From: Schmidtea nova
Lineage: Eukaryota
DNA: 64,000 nt
Direction of reading: 5' to 3'
Assembly (NCBI GenBank): GCA_044892505.1
Contig: CM097882.1
Span: forward strand, 248,930,001-248,994,000
Shown here: positions 1 through 12,249 of the stretch, in pieces
How the letters are laid out: every line of letters starts with the position of its first letter
Position numbering within the stretch: position 1 is the first letter of the stretch
The notes under the pieces: generated by a model
The model's input: only the letters and a program-made list of their open reading frames with translations
Databases searched by the model: none
Told to the model about the DNA's origin: nothing
Made by a program: the position numbers and the translations under genes

Positions 1-48
1 ACCGATCTTACAGAATAATAACCCAACAATATTTTGGGTACTTTAACT

Positions 49-396
49 TACGATCCAACTCATCCGTTATATAATAAAAGATTAGGCTCTGTCATTGAGA
101 AATTTAAAGACAGTAAGAAAAATGATTATGAAATGTGAGTATTTCTTAGGCCAAAATGTTATAGTTTATTAGGTAATATTAAGGCAAAGGGAGTAATATT
201 GAAAGATACATCTATAAAACACCAGTCTTATTTAGAATGTTATAATCAATTAGAAAAACCTAAAGTGTCTCAATTTTGAATGGTTACCAGGGACCACCAA
301 CTATATAGTTTTAAAACCACTAAAGTTGCTCTTACAAAAAATGAAGTTAAAGAGTCTGGGTGGAAAAGAACAAAAGTCTGACATATGGTCATTATA
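49..396 (+). pseudogene. C-terminal fragment of Polinton-type protein-primed DNA polymerase B (copy 1)
   Basis: Manual translation gives YDPTHPLYNKRLGSVIEKFKD...VFLRPKCYSLLGNIKAKG...WVEKNKSLTYGHY. It is collinear with the C-terminus of ORF 46122..47567 and carries stops and a frameshift. Confidence 0.9.
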
Positions 397-771
397 TGAT
401 ATCGGATAACGGTAAGATTATTATTTATTAGTAATATTATTAATCATACATTTGCAAGATAATGAAAATTACCAATATTTTCAAAAACTAATCAAAAGGT
501 TCACAATTCACCAGCTGATCGAATCATTATTAACATCATCGCATTATGTGTACTTACTATTTAATAAATGTGTATTATAATTGATTTATTATAATTATTT
601 ATTACCATGTTCCTAATTGTTTTAAGATAATGTATGATAACTAGTATAATGTGTCTTGTGCGTCATGACCTATGACATGAAACGTAACATCATTACGTTG
701 CAGTTCTTCTTCAAGATAATAATAATTGTGCGTTAAATAAATATCATGATTCTTCCATTTATCTTTAAGTA

Positions 772-1420
772 ATGGATGTACAAGCTATCGCACCAATATT
801 GAAAAATATTGAGATTTTCTCTAGGTATTCGAGAGAAGGATATGTTGTCAAGTAGACGGAGGAATTTGATTTGAAGAGTCAATTGCTAGGAGCCTTCTCA
901 CATATGGGTGAGCTACTTCCCTGCGTTTTGAAGGAGCAGCTTTAGACATATGGCGCCATCAGACAGATTTCGCAAAGAGCAGCTACTCGAATTCAAAGGC
1001 CACTCTAGTAAAGGCTTTCGATTTAAGACCCTTCGCTGCATTCGAAGCATTTAAATCGACGAGATGGCAATCAGGAGAAACTGTTGACTCATATTTTGAC
1101 TCTTTAAACGCATCGGGGAGCTGGCAAGAATAGGCAATGAAAGAATCGATGTGACTTTTGTTGTTAATCTCCCAGCCGCAGTATCAAAGGTATTGCAAAT
1201 TACGGGGATGGACAGCAAGGAGTTTTTAACCGAAAAAGCTCGAATACCACTGGAGGATGAAATGCCCAAAGAAGCGGAAAACTGGAAAACCGAAGCTATT
1301 AGCGCTATTATATCGAAAAAGAAATTCAACAGAGAATGTCGGCGTCCGAAAAACTTCGTAGGGAAGCTGTGCGCTGTGGCAGTTTTCATCAGAACAACAA
1401 AGTGCCAAGCGTCAGGATGA
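772..1420 (+). pseudogene. Degenerate Ty3/Gypsy-type gag remnant
   Basis: Translation across a stop and a frameshift gives LPLRFEGAALDIW...LVKAFDLRPFAAFEAFKSTRWQSGETVDSYFDSLKRIGELA, resembling retrotransposon Gag capsid regions. No pol follows. Confidence 0.6.
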
Positions 1421-2901
1421 TTAATGTATGAATCCAAGAAAAACACGGCATTGCTTTGGTAGACTTAAGCAGTTCTCAGTCGATTCTGCGAAAAGATCGG
1501 TTCAATGAAAACTACTTGTCTAGTAAATGGATCGTTACTGTAGGTGATCGAAAATTAGGATTTTCATGAAATAATCAGAGAAAAACATTAAAAATAGTTA
1601 TCGCTAAATATTATATTGTAACAGTAAAATCTCATTGAAAATTTCTCAGATAAAAGAACAAGCTTCACATTAAAAAAGGTTTTCTAAAAGATTCTCAGTT
1701 TACTCGCAAGGTAGAAATTTAAAAACAAAAATTAATTGTATAAAAATTAAAATGAATAGAAATAAATTTTTATATTAAAAGAAATATTGTTAATTTTAAA
1801 TGTACATTGATAAATTTAATGCCAATCGGGATTTGTCACAAAAGATTCTTATTCTTCTTCAACGAGTCATATTTACGTAGCCAAGCAGAACTTTTACATA
1901 ATTACCTACAAAACAAAGGTATTTCAGTCTGTTGTGATACGAGTGGGTATGAATAATTAAATATTTAAACGTGGCACTTAAAACTGATATTACTTTGAGT
2001 GTATTAGTAACAAAATTAGTATAGTACAGGAAACACGAATATTGCTATTTGCATAGCAAAGGTACTTAACTTGATATATTTGTAAGAAAAATTATTTTAA
2101 AATAAAAGTCATCAATATCAATAAACAAGTTGATCAAGCTTGTATACTAAAATCAATGAAAATGAATGAAACAATAAGAAAATAAATCATTAATGATAAA
2201 AATAATGAAAATTAATTAATAAAATCAATAATTAAAAATACATTATCAAAAATAAATCATTAATGAAATTAAATCAAATAAATAAATAAATTAAAATATC
2301 AATAACATTAATCTTTAAAAATAAATCATTATTGAAATAAATGAAAATAAAACAATAATTAAATTAGAAAATCAATTAAAAAATCTATTCAGTGAAAACA
2401 ATCGACAAATAAGATTGTAAAAGTAATTTAAAAGAAAATAGAAAGGCTTAAAAATTCAAAAGTTATTATTATTAAAGTAAATTATTATTGCTAAACTTAG
2501 TAAAAATTAATATTTACAAGTATTTAATATAATTAAAATAAATTATTATAACTAAACTTACTAAAAATTATTTTTAATAATAAAAATTAATACTAAAAAT
2601 TATTTTTAATAATTAATTATTTACTATTTTTATTTACAATTATTATTACTAAACTTACTAAAACTTACTATTTTTATTAATAAAGAGTATTACTTAAAAT
2701 TATTACTANNNNNNNNNNNNNNNNNNNNNNNNNNNNNNNNNNNNNNNNNNNNNNNNNNNNNNNNNNNNNNNNNNNNNNNNNNNNNNNNNNNNNNNNNNNN
2801 NNNNNNNNNNNNNNNNNNNNNNNNNNNNNNNNNNNNNNNNNNNNNNNNNNNNNNNNNNNNNNNNNNNNNNNNNNNNNNNNNNNNNNNNNNNNNNNNNNNN
2901 N

Positions 2902-3100
2902 CATAATGACTATAGATCAAATTTTTTTTATAAACAATAACACAATATTTCGGCACAGCCTTTATCAAATACACACTTGATAAAGGCTGTGCCGAAATAT
3001 TGTGTTATTGTTTATAAAAAAAATTTGATCTATAGTCATTATGAGAATTATTGATAATAATAATAAAAAAAAGATCAAAGGTGAAAAAAGATAATTATGA

Positions 3101-3151
<51 letters not shown>

Positions 3152-3378
3152 CATAATTATCTTTTTTCACCTTTGATCTTTTTTTATTATTATTATCAAT
3201 AATTCTCATAATGACTATAGATCAAATTTTTTTTTATAAACAATAACACAATATTTCGGCACAGCCTTTATCAAGTGTGTATTTACACTTGATAAAGGCT
3301 GTGCCGAAATATTGTGTTATTGTTTATAAAAAAAAATTTGATCTATAGTCATTATGAGAATTATTGATAATAATAATA
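2902..3378. repeat. Two tandem palindromic (foldback) MITE-like units separated by an (ATT)n tract
   Basis: Four near-identical arms in alternating orientation (cataatgactatagatc...gcctttatcaag and its reverse complement) around (ATT)n at about 3099-3150. Diverged relatives occur at about 25900-25970, 28795-29640 and 36180-36248. Confidence 0.85.
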
Positions 3379-6300
3379 ATTATTATTATTATTACTAAAA
3401 TTTTTCATTAATATTTAAAATAATTATTATTAAATTTAAATATTATTAAATATTACCTTTTGTTCTTTATTCTCATTGATATCATCTTCATTCTCATTCT
3501 CATTCGTATTATCGGTATCTGAAGCTCTAAAAAAATATTTAACTTCGAGACAAACAAGTGTTCATAAAAATAAATTAAAATATTAACTCAATTTAAATAA
3601 ATTAAATGAAAAGACATTTTAAATTAATTTTTTAAAATGAATGAAAAATAAAACTTTTTAAAAAAATTACAAAAACATGATATTAAAAAACTCTTTAAAA
3701 TATAATATAAGTCTCATTAAAAACAAACAATTCGGAATGAAAATTTTATTTAATAAAAAATTTCTCCATATACGGAAAAAATTTTCAAAATCGGCATCAG
3801 TCATTAAAATAAATTCCATAATCATTGATATTATATTATTTAGAATTTCTTCAACCAAAGCATCATATTTTATTGTTTTTATTCCAAAAATAACTATTTT
3901 ACCACTGGCAAATACATTATCACACAATGTATTGAATCTGACAACTTTCAATCCAGGGAATATTTCTGGTGCAATTAGTTTTTCTTCTAAATTCATTGAA
4001 ATCAATTGTTTATTTTCTCATATTTTTCTTTTGAGGTTTGCTATATACTCCTTTAAATTTTCATGTCATAGGCAAAATTCTACCTAGAAGACTAAGCGTC
4101 TTTTCTGTACTCGTGTTTTAGAGCATTGTCAATTGATAATAGTACAGTCAATCACACTGTTCTTAACAAATGCGAAAATATTTTTAAAATGTTGTTTTTA
4201 AGAAAATATATTTAAATTGAAAACTTTATATGGGTATAAATTATTTGATAATGTAAACTTTAAATTTTAAAGATAAAATGTTTTACAATATTTTGTAAAC
4301 TTAAAAAATATAATTAATTTGTTTAAATCTATCTATTTATTTTCGTTATATTGAGAGGTTGAACTGAAAGCATCTGAAGTTGAGAATGATGTTCTCGAAA
4401 TAAATTGATGTTATGTAATTTTGAATTGNNNNNNNNNNNNNNNNNNNNNNNNNNNNNNNNNNNNNNNNNNNNNNNNNNNNNNNNNNNNNNNNNNNNNNNN
4501 NNNNNNNNNNNNNNNNNNNNNNNNNNNNNNNNNNNNNNNNNNNNNNNNNNNNNNNNNNNNNNNNNNNNNNNNNNNNNNNNNNNNNNNNNNNNNNNNNNNN
4601 NNNNNNNNNNNNNNNNNNNNNNNNNNNNNNNNNNNNNNNNNNNNNNNNNNNNNNNNNNNNNNNNNNNNNNNNNNNNNNNNNNNNNNNNNNNNNNNNNNNN
4701 NNNNNNNNNNNNNNNNNNNNNNNNNNNNNNNNNNNNNNNNNNNNNNNNNNNNNNNNNNNNNNNNNNNNNNNTTCAGTAAAATTTGAAGATATTCTACATT
4801 ATAAATTATTTCATGATTCAAGTCCATAATAATTAATTGTTATTTGTTCGAATTTGATTCGGACAATTTATAATCTAATTATTACACATATTATTTCACA
4901 TATTATTAATTATTATTATATATATTATTACAAATTTGAAAGTTATAAATTCTATGTTTCTTAAGAAGCTGCTTGTTTCTGTTTTTAAATTTAATATATA
5001 CTTGATGTTTGTTGCGGCATGATTTTTATTAGTGTTGAACAAATGTACAGTTTTTAGATCATTTTCTTATTCCCATTTTGAACTTTTTTTCCTTGTTCCC
5101 GTTCACGAACACCATAAAAAGTTAAATAGTTATTAATTAAAAACCTATGAATTCAAAATTTTAAATACAAATATACCGTATATTTTGGACTATTGTACTG
5201 TCATTTCTCTATTTAGCTTTCTTTTGAAACTTGGGATAGTCTTATAGCCTGAACGGAAAAATGTGATTTTGTATTTTCTGGATTATAGGACGAGCTTTAA
5301 ACCCCAAAATCAAGTAGGAAAAATGTGACCTAGAGTTCTCTAAATACTGTATAACTGTGTTAGGTTCATATCAGTGTTGACGAATCAACATAAAATTATT
5401 GGGGTTATACACAAGTGCACGAAATTGAAAAGAAATAGAAAATATGCAAAATTAATAAAAAATTAATTAAAATTTCAAATATGGTAAAAATCAATATTTT
5501 TCAGGGGAAAGCGGCAATCAGTAACAAATTGAAAGTTGAAAACGAATGAAGTAGTTATAAATTAATTAGGAGTCATTAGGAAGGGCTAGAGGCTAAATAA
5601 AAATTAATTATTTAATAAATTTATCTCAATAATTTCAAGGTAATCTCTTCAATCATTGCAAAGTGGTAAATCTGACAAGCTAGAAAATTGTTTATCCAGA
5701 GTGTCACTGAGAAAAAAAAATTTAAATTAACATAATTAATATGATGAGCTGGATTTCATGCTTACCCACAATAATTGATGGGGTTGAGAGTGGTATATAA
5801 ACCAACTCATTCCAAATAAATGCCAGTTTTATTTGATAAGAAAAAGAATTTGAATAGTCGAAATAAAAATAATTTTTAAAACTAGGGAAATTATCAGTGA
5901 GTAAAAAGGAATATCGTCTTAATCAGATTTCAGGGGTGACATCCTTCAGGTCGTTTACCAAAAAAAAGTTAAAGTTTTGACGTTGTGGAGATTAGTTCTT
6001 GATCAATAAATATTTTATCTGTTGGTTTTCATTGATTTTCAAAGAGCACAAGGAGTCAGAATAAAGTTTAGTTCTACCGAAATAATAGTAGCCCAATAAA
6101 AATGAAGTAATCGTGTCAATAAATATTGGACTCCAAACTATATTTTCAGTAATCAGTTAACGTGCGTGTAATTAAATTTACTCATGGTCTATCGTATGAA
6201 TGTCTAAGTTTTGTCATATGTCAATTCATTGAAAAGTTATTAGCATTTGGCCTAATAGTTTTTGCAAAATGTGAAAAGTTTTTGAAATTTTTTTGATCTT

Positions 6301-7402
6301 GACATGACTTGTTTGACACAATGTAGAACAAAGACTGAGTCATAACAATGATCATGACACATCAACTTGTAGCCAGACTCTCACCTGGTCGGATCAATGA
6401 GTCAGTATAATGACTTATTTATTTGTGAGCCAGTGCGCTCACATCTGACTACCCATTACATTTAAAATAATTTTTAAATTAAACAACGGAAAGTTTTTTA
6501 AAAATTATTTTGAAAGTACAGAAAGAATTTGTCGAAATCCGTTTAGACAAAGACCCTCCTTCACCAGAGGCCGAACCTTAAACTTTTACCACGTTATCTA
6601 TATATCAATTTGTACGTAAAATAATTCTAATATTTTTTCTAATTAATAATAACTACATCAGACCACTTCTTCATGGTCCCTATGTGAATCATGACCCTAT
6701 AGATTCACAATAGATTGAATCATATCCCTATGTGAAGGGAATGAAAACAAAGCGGTATAACATCATAGTGGAATATGTTGGGAAAGTCGCTAAAAAGAAA
6801 AGATGGCAGAGTTTAATGAAAACATATTATTGCTGCATCTACTTACATGAAACCTTATCTTATACTAATCAAGGGTTTACAGAGATAAGTCCTAGATGTA
6901 CAGTTCGTATCCGATAATGGATGTCTCTCAGACAGAAACAAAGAGAAAATCCTCAAGTATGACTTTGATGTTTTCAAAGATTGGTTCCAAAGTAGGGGCG
7001 TTGGGAGAGTTCAGGTGGGTTGATAGACTTTAAACTGAATAGGTATATGGAGCGCTGATTCGTTCAAAATTTTGAAAAAAATAAAATTTTTAATTAATAA
7101 CGCCAAAATAACTTTGATGAAAATACTTGGAGGTGCATTGCGCATGTATTATGCATGGAGAGGGCGGTCTGAAAACGTGAAAAAGTTTATAAAAAAGGTA
7201 GAGTGGTGGAATGAGGCTAGTGGCTAAAATATTCAGTGGGGTCTTCAATCTCTTAGTGATGACTAAAAATTTTGAACTAGCAAACCGATATTGATTGAGT
7301 TACTTTTATCTAGAAGTGAAAAGTGTGCCGTAGTGCCGTGGTTCCGAAAGTAGCGTGACAGTAGAGAGTAGCTAGATGTGTGGAACCGAGAACAAAGACA
7401 TT

Positions 7403-7499
7403 TGACTCATCGATGACTCATTACAAAGAACATGAGTCACTCCTACTCCCTCAAGAATAGAATTTTTAAGACTTATCGCGACTACTCATCAATGACTCA
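7403..7499. promoter_or_regulatory. Cluster of AP-1-like TGACTCA/TGAGTCA motifs just inside the element A terminus
   Basis: Perfect motifs at 7403, 7414, 7433 and 7493. Function is inferred from the motif only. Confidence 0.5.
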
Positions 7500-7649
7500 T
7501 TTATAATTCAAATTTTAAATTTGAATTTCGAAAGGACAAATAAAGTCAAACCTTCAAATAAGGGTATCATTCGAAAGGTCTTTGAGAGGTCTTTACAAAG
7601 TTTATGGAACCATCAAAGGGTCGTAAAACTTTCAAAATATTTTAAACCT

Positions 7650-7697
<48 letters not shown>

Positions 7698-7883
7698 TTC
7701 AAAAAGTAATTGATAGGTAAGTTTGATGGTCATAGCTTCGAAGGTTTATGGTGGGTCAAAACGTTCATGGGGTCCAAAAATATTTAAACTATATAATAAT
7801 ATTATATTAATAGTAATAAACTAAAGATAAATTTAAATACTTACAAAATGGTTTGATTAAAAGTTTTATATTAAAATACTTAC

Positions 7884-8005
7884 AGTTAAATCAAATTCGG
7901 TTTTAAAAGACTGAACTTCCTTCATAGATTTATTTCAATTAAAATTTTATAAAAAGTGCCAAAATACTTGAATATTAAAGCACCATTTAATTTAAATATC
8001 TAACT
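7884..8005 (-). repeat. 3' LTR (122 bp, AGTT...AACT ends)
   Basis: Direct repeat of 11634-11754 with roughly 8-10 differences by eye. Preceded on the minus strand by a polypurine tract. Confidence 0.9.
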
Positions 8006-8016
8006 CTCCTCTTCTT
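8006..8016 (-). other. Polypurine tract
   Basis: AAGAAGAGGAG lies immediately 5' of the 3' LTR on the minus strand. Confidence 0.85.
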
Positions 8017-8990
8017 AAGAACTGTTCCACTCCTTCAGCCACTCGATTCTTCTTTCTTTCGTTCCTTCTTGCGAATGTAGTTCAACTCGATGAGAGGATA
8101 GAAATCTGATGATTTTATATGGGCCATCGTACTGCATACCATCCTTGTGCCTGTTCTGCGGTTCTTTGCGTAAGAGTACCTCCTCCCCCACCTCAAAACC
8201 ACAAGGGCCTCTCTTTGTCTTATCCATAGCTTTCATAGTGTCTGCGGCTTTTCTCGAGTTGTATCTTGCGTCTTCTATCCATTCGCTTCTTGAGATATCT
8301 GCTTGTTTCAGGTTTGAATGTAGGTTAACACTCCGTCCATAAATTATCTCAAATGGTGATAGACCTGTAGCACTCTGTCGGCTGCTATTTATACTGAACT
8401 CTATTCTAGGTAGAAGTTCATGCCAGTTTCTCTATTCACACCCACCTGTCAATGTCGCTTTAATAAGATCTCTTACCGTTCGTATGGCTCGTTCAGCTAA
8501 TCCATTTGATTGGTGCTGGTAAGGTGAGCTGAATTCCTGTTTGATTCCAAGTTTCTGTAGTCTCTGTCTTAGAAAATTCCCTTCGAAATTGCGTCCTCTA
8601 TCTGTTAAAATACTCTTTGGTTTTCAGAATCGATAGATCCAACTGTTAAGTATAGTTTTGAAAATTGTCCCTTCATCTTGCTTCGTGATTGCGGTCAAAG
8701 AAATCAATTTACTAAAACGGTCCACCATTACTAACATATATTTTTAGTGGTGTTTTTCTCCATGTAGGCCACATCCATAACAATCTGTTCTAGGAATTCA
8801 GAACTACATCTAAGGATAAATATTTCTTTGGTTCTTGTCTGATCGATCTTTCTCTTAGAGCAGATATCGAATCATTGTAAACAGAGCTGAATTGTTTCTT
8901 GCATCTTCGGCCAATAAAATATATTTTCCATATAATGGAATAGTTTCTTAACTCCAATATTACATAATTCTTCATGTAGGGTTGTTGTTA
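8015..8990 (-). pseudogene. Gypsy integrase (zinc finger, DDE core, GPY/F module), disrupted
   Basis: LHEELCNIGVKKLFHYMENIFYWPKM, VMVDRFSKL, ILTDRGRNFE, SSPYQHQSNGLAERAIRTV, TGLSPFEIIYGR and YDGPYKII are present, with stops and frameshifts. Confidence 0.9.
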
Positions 8991-9748
8991 ATAATTATAT
9001 CTTTATCGCATCCAGATGTTGCGGCATATAGTGGTTCTGCGATTCTGGCATAGTCTTTAATTAATCTTCTATAGTAGTTCGTTAATCCGAGAAACGATCT
9101 TAATTGCTTTGAACATTTTGGTATTTCTGTTTTCTCGATCTCTTCAACTTTCTTTCTGTTTGTCTGGATACCATTCTCGTTAACTGTGTGCCCAAGGAAA
9201 CACAATTCTGTTTTATTGAATTCGCATTTTTCTGGATTTATCTTCAGTCCTGCCATTTGAATTCTTCTAAATATTTCCCCTAGTAGCTCATCGTGGTCTT
9301 TTTGACTTTTCCCATAAATCAAAATATCATCTAAATAAACAACTACTCCTTTGAAAAGCATTCCTTCTAGTACTTTGTGCATCAGTCTCTGGAATGTCGC
9401 AGGAGCTGTTGCTAGACCAAACGGTAGTCTGTTAAAGCAAAATTGTCTTTCTCTTGTACTGAATGCAGTCATTTCTTGAATTTCTGGGGCCAACTCTATT
9501 TGATAGTATGCCTGGCCTAAATCAATTGACGAAAATATTTTAGAATTTGCAAGACAGTCTAGTAAGAATTTGGTATTAGGCATCGGAAATGATTCCTTTT
9601 CTGTAATGGCATTCAATCCACGATAGTCTACACACATCCTGATGGATCCATCTTTCTTCCATACTATAACTAACGGGGCATTCCAAGGACTCTTGCAACA
9701 CCGAATAACATTTGCTTTTATTAATTCTTTTATCAGTTCTTCAATCTT
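8991..9748 (-). pseudogene. Gypsy reverse transcriptase
   Basis: PWNAPLVIV..KDGSIRMCVDYRGLN, FSSIDLGQAYYQI, RLPFGLATAPATFQR, YLDD, FLGH, LRSFLGLTNYYRR. Confidence 0.95.
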
Positions 9749-10321
9749 TTACTCCATGTGCATTGGTTGACGTTTAGGATGTTGCATTATTGGGCCTCCT
9801 GTTATTCGCATCTCATGTCGAACTAAATTTGTAAATCCCAAATCAAATTTCGACGCCATAAAGATTCCGCCGTATTTCCTGATCATTCCTTCAATGTCTT
9901 TATTATCCTCACTTGCCATTGCCATCAGTGCTTTATTTATTCTTTCTTCATCAGTATGGATTTTGTTTATGTATGAGGTTTCTATATTATTGATCTTCAC
10001 TAACTTAACTCCAAACTCTTTCATTGTATCAATACCCCCTATGAATTTGGGCTTGATCTCTTTTACAACCACTACTGTGATAATTTTAGTCTTCTGATTC
10101 CATGTTGCCGATATATTCATATATCCCATTGCCTCTTCACCTCCAGTTGAAAATACGCCGCATAATAATATAGTACTACGTTGAAGGTCTGGTATGCCTA
10201 TTCTTACCCACAGATTCTTGCTCATGACTGTTACTGACGCTCCAGAGTCCCATAACATATCTACTTCTGTATTATTCAACATTATTTTACTCCAACTTCT
10301 TCCATCCTTCGTCTGATACAT
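9749..10321 (-). pseudogene. Gypsy aspartic protease and RT N-terminal linker
   Basis: LWDSGASVTV catalytic motif, IGGIDTM flap region and DLG...VRHEMRITG-GPIMQHPKR. Confidence 0.85.
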
Positions 10322-10394
10322 TTCTTCTTCTGCCTAGTCTCTTCTTCGTTCATTTCTTCTTTCATAATTTATTGTCTTGACTCCACCGACAAAA

Positions 10395-11575
10395 TCAAAC
10401 CCATGGAGTCGCTGATGTTTTTTTCCGTCTTCTCTCAATGTAGTATATATTTTCAGGAACATTGTATCTATCTTCCATATCGCTGTGAGCCATTCTGAAA
10501 TCTTGGCTGTTTTCGGTGTAATCTCTTCTTTCAGATTTGGAATCTTCTTCTATGCACGCTATTCTTTGATATCGACAGGGCACCTCTTTCCGTAACGAAA
10601 AACAATCTCGGAATCCATGTCCCTCTTTACCACATATCAGGCATTTATTTCTCAGTGGGCATTCATATCTTTTGTGTCCCCTTTCGCCACAGCAAAAACA
10701 ATCACCTACTGTTAATTTTGGTGCTTGTGGTAGTCCTCTACTTTCGTTATAAATCCTTCTTGCTATATTCTTCATGGAAATTGTTGGCAGTTTCCTTTTT
10801 GAGCCATCTTGGATTCTCACATTTCTCAAAAATTGTTCTTTTGGGAATTGTTCTCGTCGACCGCGGTAATTTTCTTCGAATTGTATTGGATGTTCGTCTC
10901 TTTTGGTCTGTGATGACTAAATGGGTCTTCTGATTGTCTTCTTTGCGATGGTGTAGGTCTGGTATCTTGAGTATTCTGTTGAATTCTTATTTGCCCTACC
11001 TCAATCACGCTGGCATATGTTCTTTTACCAATTGCTTTAACAAATTCAGTTTTATTGCTTCCATTTTGGTTACTCTCAAAAATCTTCGCCAATGATCTCG
11101 TTTCTTCAATTTTTGTTTCTGGTTTCGTCAATAATATCTCCCACAATCTCGTATCGCGTGCTTTATTTGCGATGAGATCTTGAACAATATATTCTTCTGA
11201 TCGTCCTGAATATTATAACTTCAGCTAAAGCTTTTCTTAATATAATCTCGAAAGCTTCAAAACATTCATCATCTTCCTGCTCCAGAACTGCAAATTTTCT
11301 GATTTTGTCAGTTATTGACTTCGTAATTGTGAAAGTATTTAGGAACCAAGTTTTGGCTTTCACATCTGTTGTTTCTGTTTCTCTGACGTTTCCCAACAAT
11401 GTCTTAGCTTCTGCCACTAATAACACATCGAAGGTGCTTGTCAATCGCTGTTCATTTGTCAACAGCCATTCTTCTATGTCTCTGATCCATTCTTCTGCTT
11501 CTTTCGATCTTCGTCCATTATATCATCTGATATTCAGCGTGAGCATATTTTGGCATGATTTTGGTAGGCATTCCA
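10395..11575 (-). pseudogene. Gypsy gag with two CCHC zinc knuckles, frameshifted
   Basis: CFCCGERGHKRYEC and CLICGKEGHGFRDC. Upstream fragments EWIRDIEEWLLTNEQ... lie just downstream of the PBS. Confidence 0.85.
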
Positions 11576-11621
11576 TTAACGTCTTTGTTGATTTCGAAAC
11601 TGCATTGACATTCTGATTTTC

Positions 11622-11634
11622 GGCGTGGTCACCA
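11622..11634 (-). other. Primer-binding site, probably tRNA-Arg
   Basis: TGGTGACCACG directly follows the 5' LTR. It is complementary to a tRNA 3' end of the ...CGTGGTCA-CCA type. The tRNA assignment is from memory of tRNA-Arg(TCG) acceptor stems. Confidence 0.6.
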
Positions 11635-11754
11635 GTTAAATCAAACTCGGTTTTAAGAGACTGAACTTCCTTCATAGATTTATTTCAATAAAAATTTTAC
11701 ATAAGTGCCAAAATACTTGATTATTAAAACACCAGTTAATTTAAATATCTAACT
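11634..11754 (-). repeat. 5' LTR (121 bp)
   Basis: Direct repeat of 7884-8005, followed by the PBS on the minus strand. Confidence 0.9.
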
Positions 11755-12249
11755 CTGACTTTTTCGGCTATTTAGCATAGAATTTTTGAATATTTATTGT
11801 AATCATGTATAGATAGAATTTAATTTTCTATCACATACTCTATATATATATATGTGTGTGTGTTTTTATAACTGACGTAAATATTGTAATGTAATTTAGA
11901 TGTATTTAATTTAAATAATTGATCTTATTTATTGTAATAATATGACGAGTATTGAAATATTTTATAACTTTGATGTAAATTATAATTTGGTGAAATAATA
12001 TTATTTTAACTAAATAATAGCGTCAAATCGTCTTATAAAATATTATTTAGTATTTTAAAATACTGCAACGTAATATATGTTTAGTCATAATTCTATATCG
12101 CTTTCTTGAATTTGATTTTCTGATAATAATAAATTTCCTACCCCTTATTCGATTTTGTTTGGTCAAAAGTTATGTGTGTGAAAAAACCATGATTTCTAAA
12201 TAATAATGTTTCATTCATTATTCACTTTAACAAATACAAAAGATTTAAA

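Larger units (their letters stand above)
7884..11754 (-). mobile_element. Internally deleted Ty3/Gypsy LTR retrotransposon (about 3.9 kb)
   Basis: Two LTRs, PBS, PPT and the order gag-protease-RT-integrase. The RNase H region is missing and the ORFs are broken. Confidence 0.95.

Noticed and set aside
2677-4827. ORF-track entries dominated by X (also at 22054, 26320, 36057-36528 and 41682-42013)
   Set aside because: Artefacts of translating N gaps.
3450-5260. Possible minus-strand host exons, including ORF 3667..4005 and an acidic micro-exon at about 3458-3528
   Set aside because: Splice-like boundaries exist, but upstream in-frame stops occur and no recognisable protein could be assembled.
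6480-7330. Coding-like GC-richer stretches upstream of the element A terminus
   Set aside because: Only short broken frames with no recognisable family.
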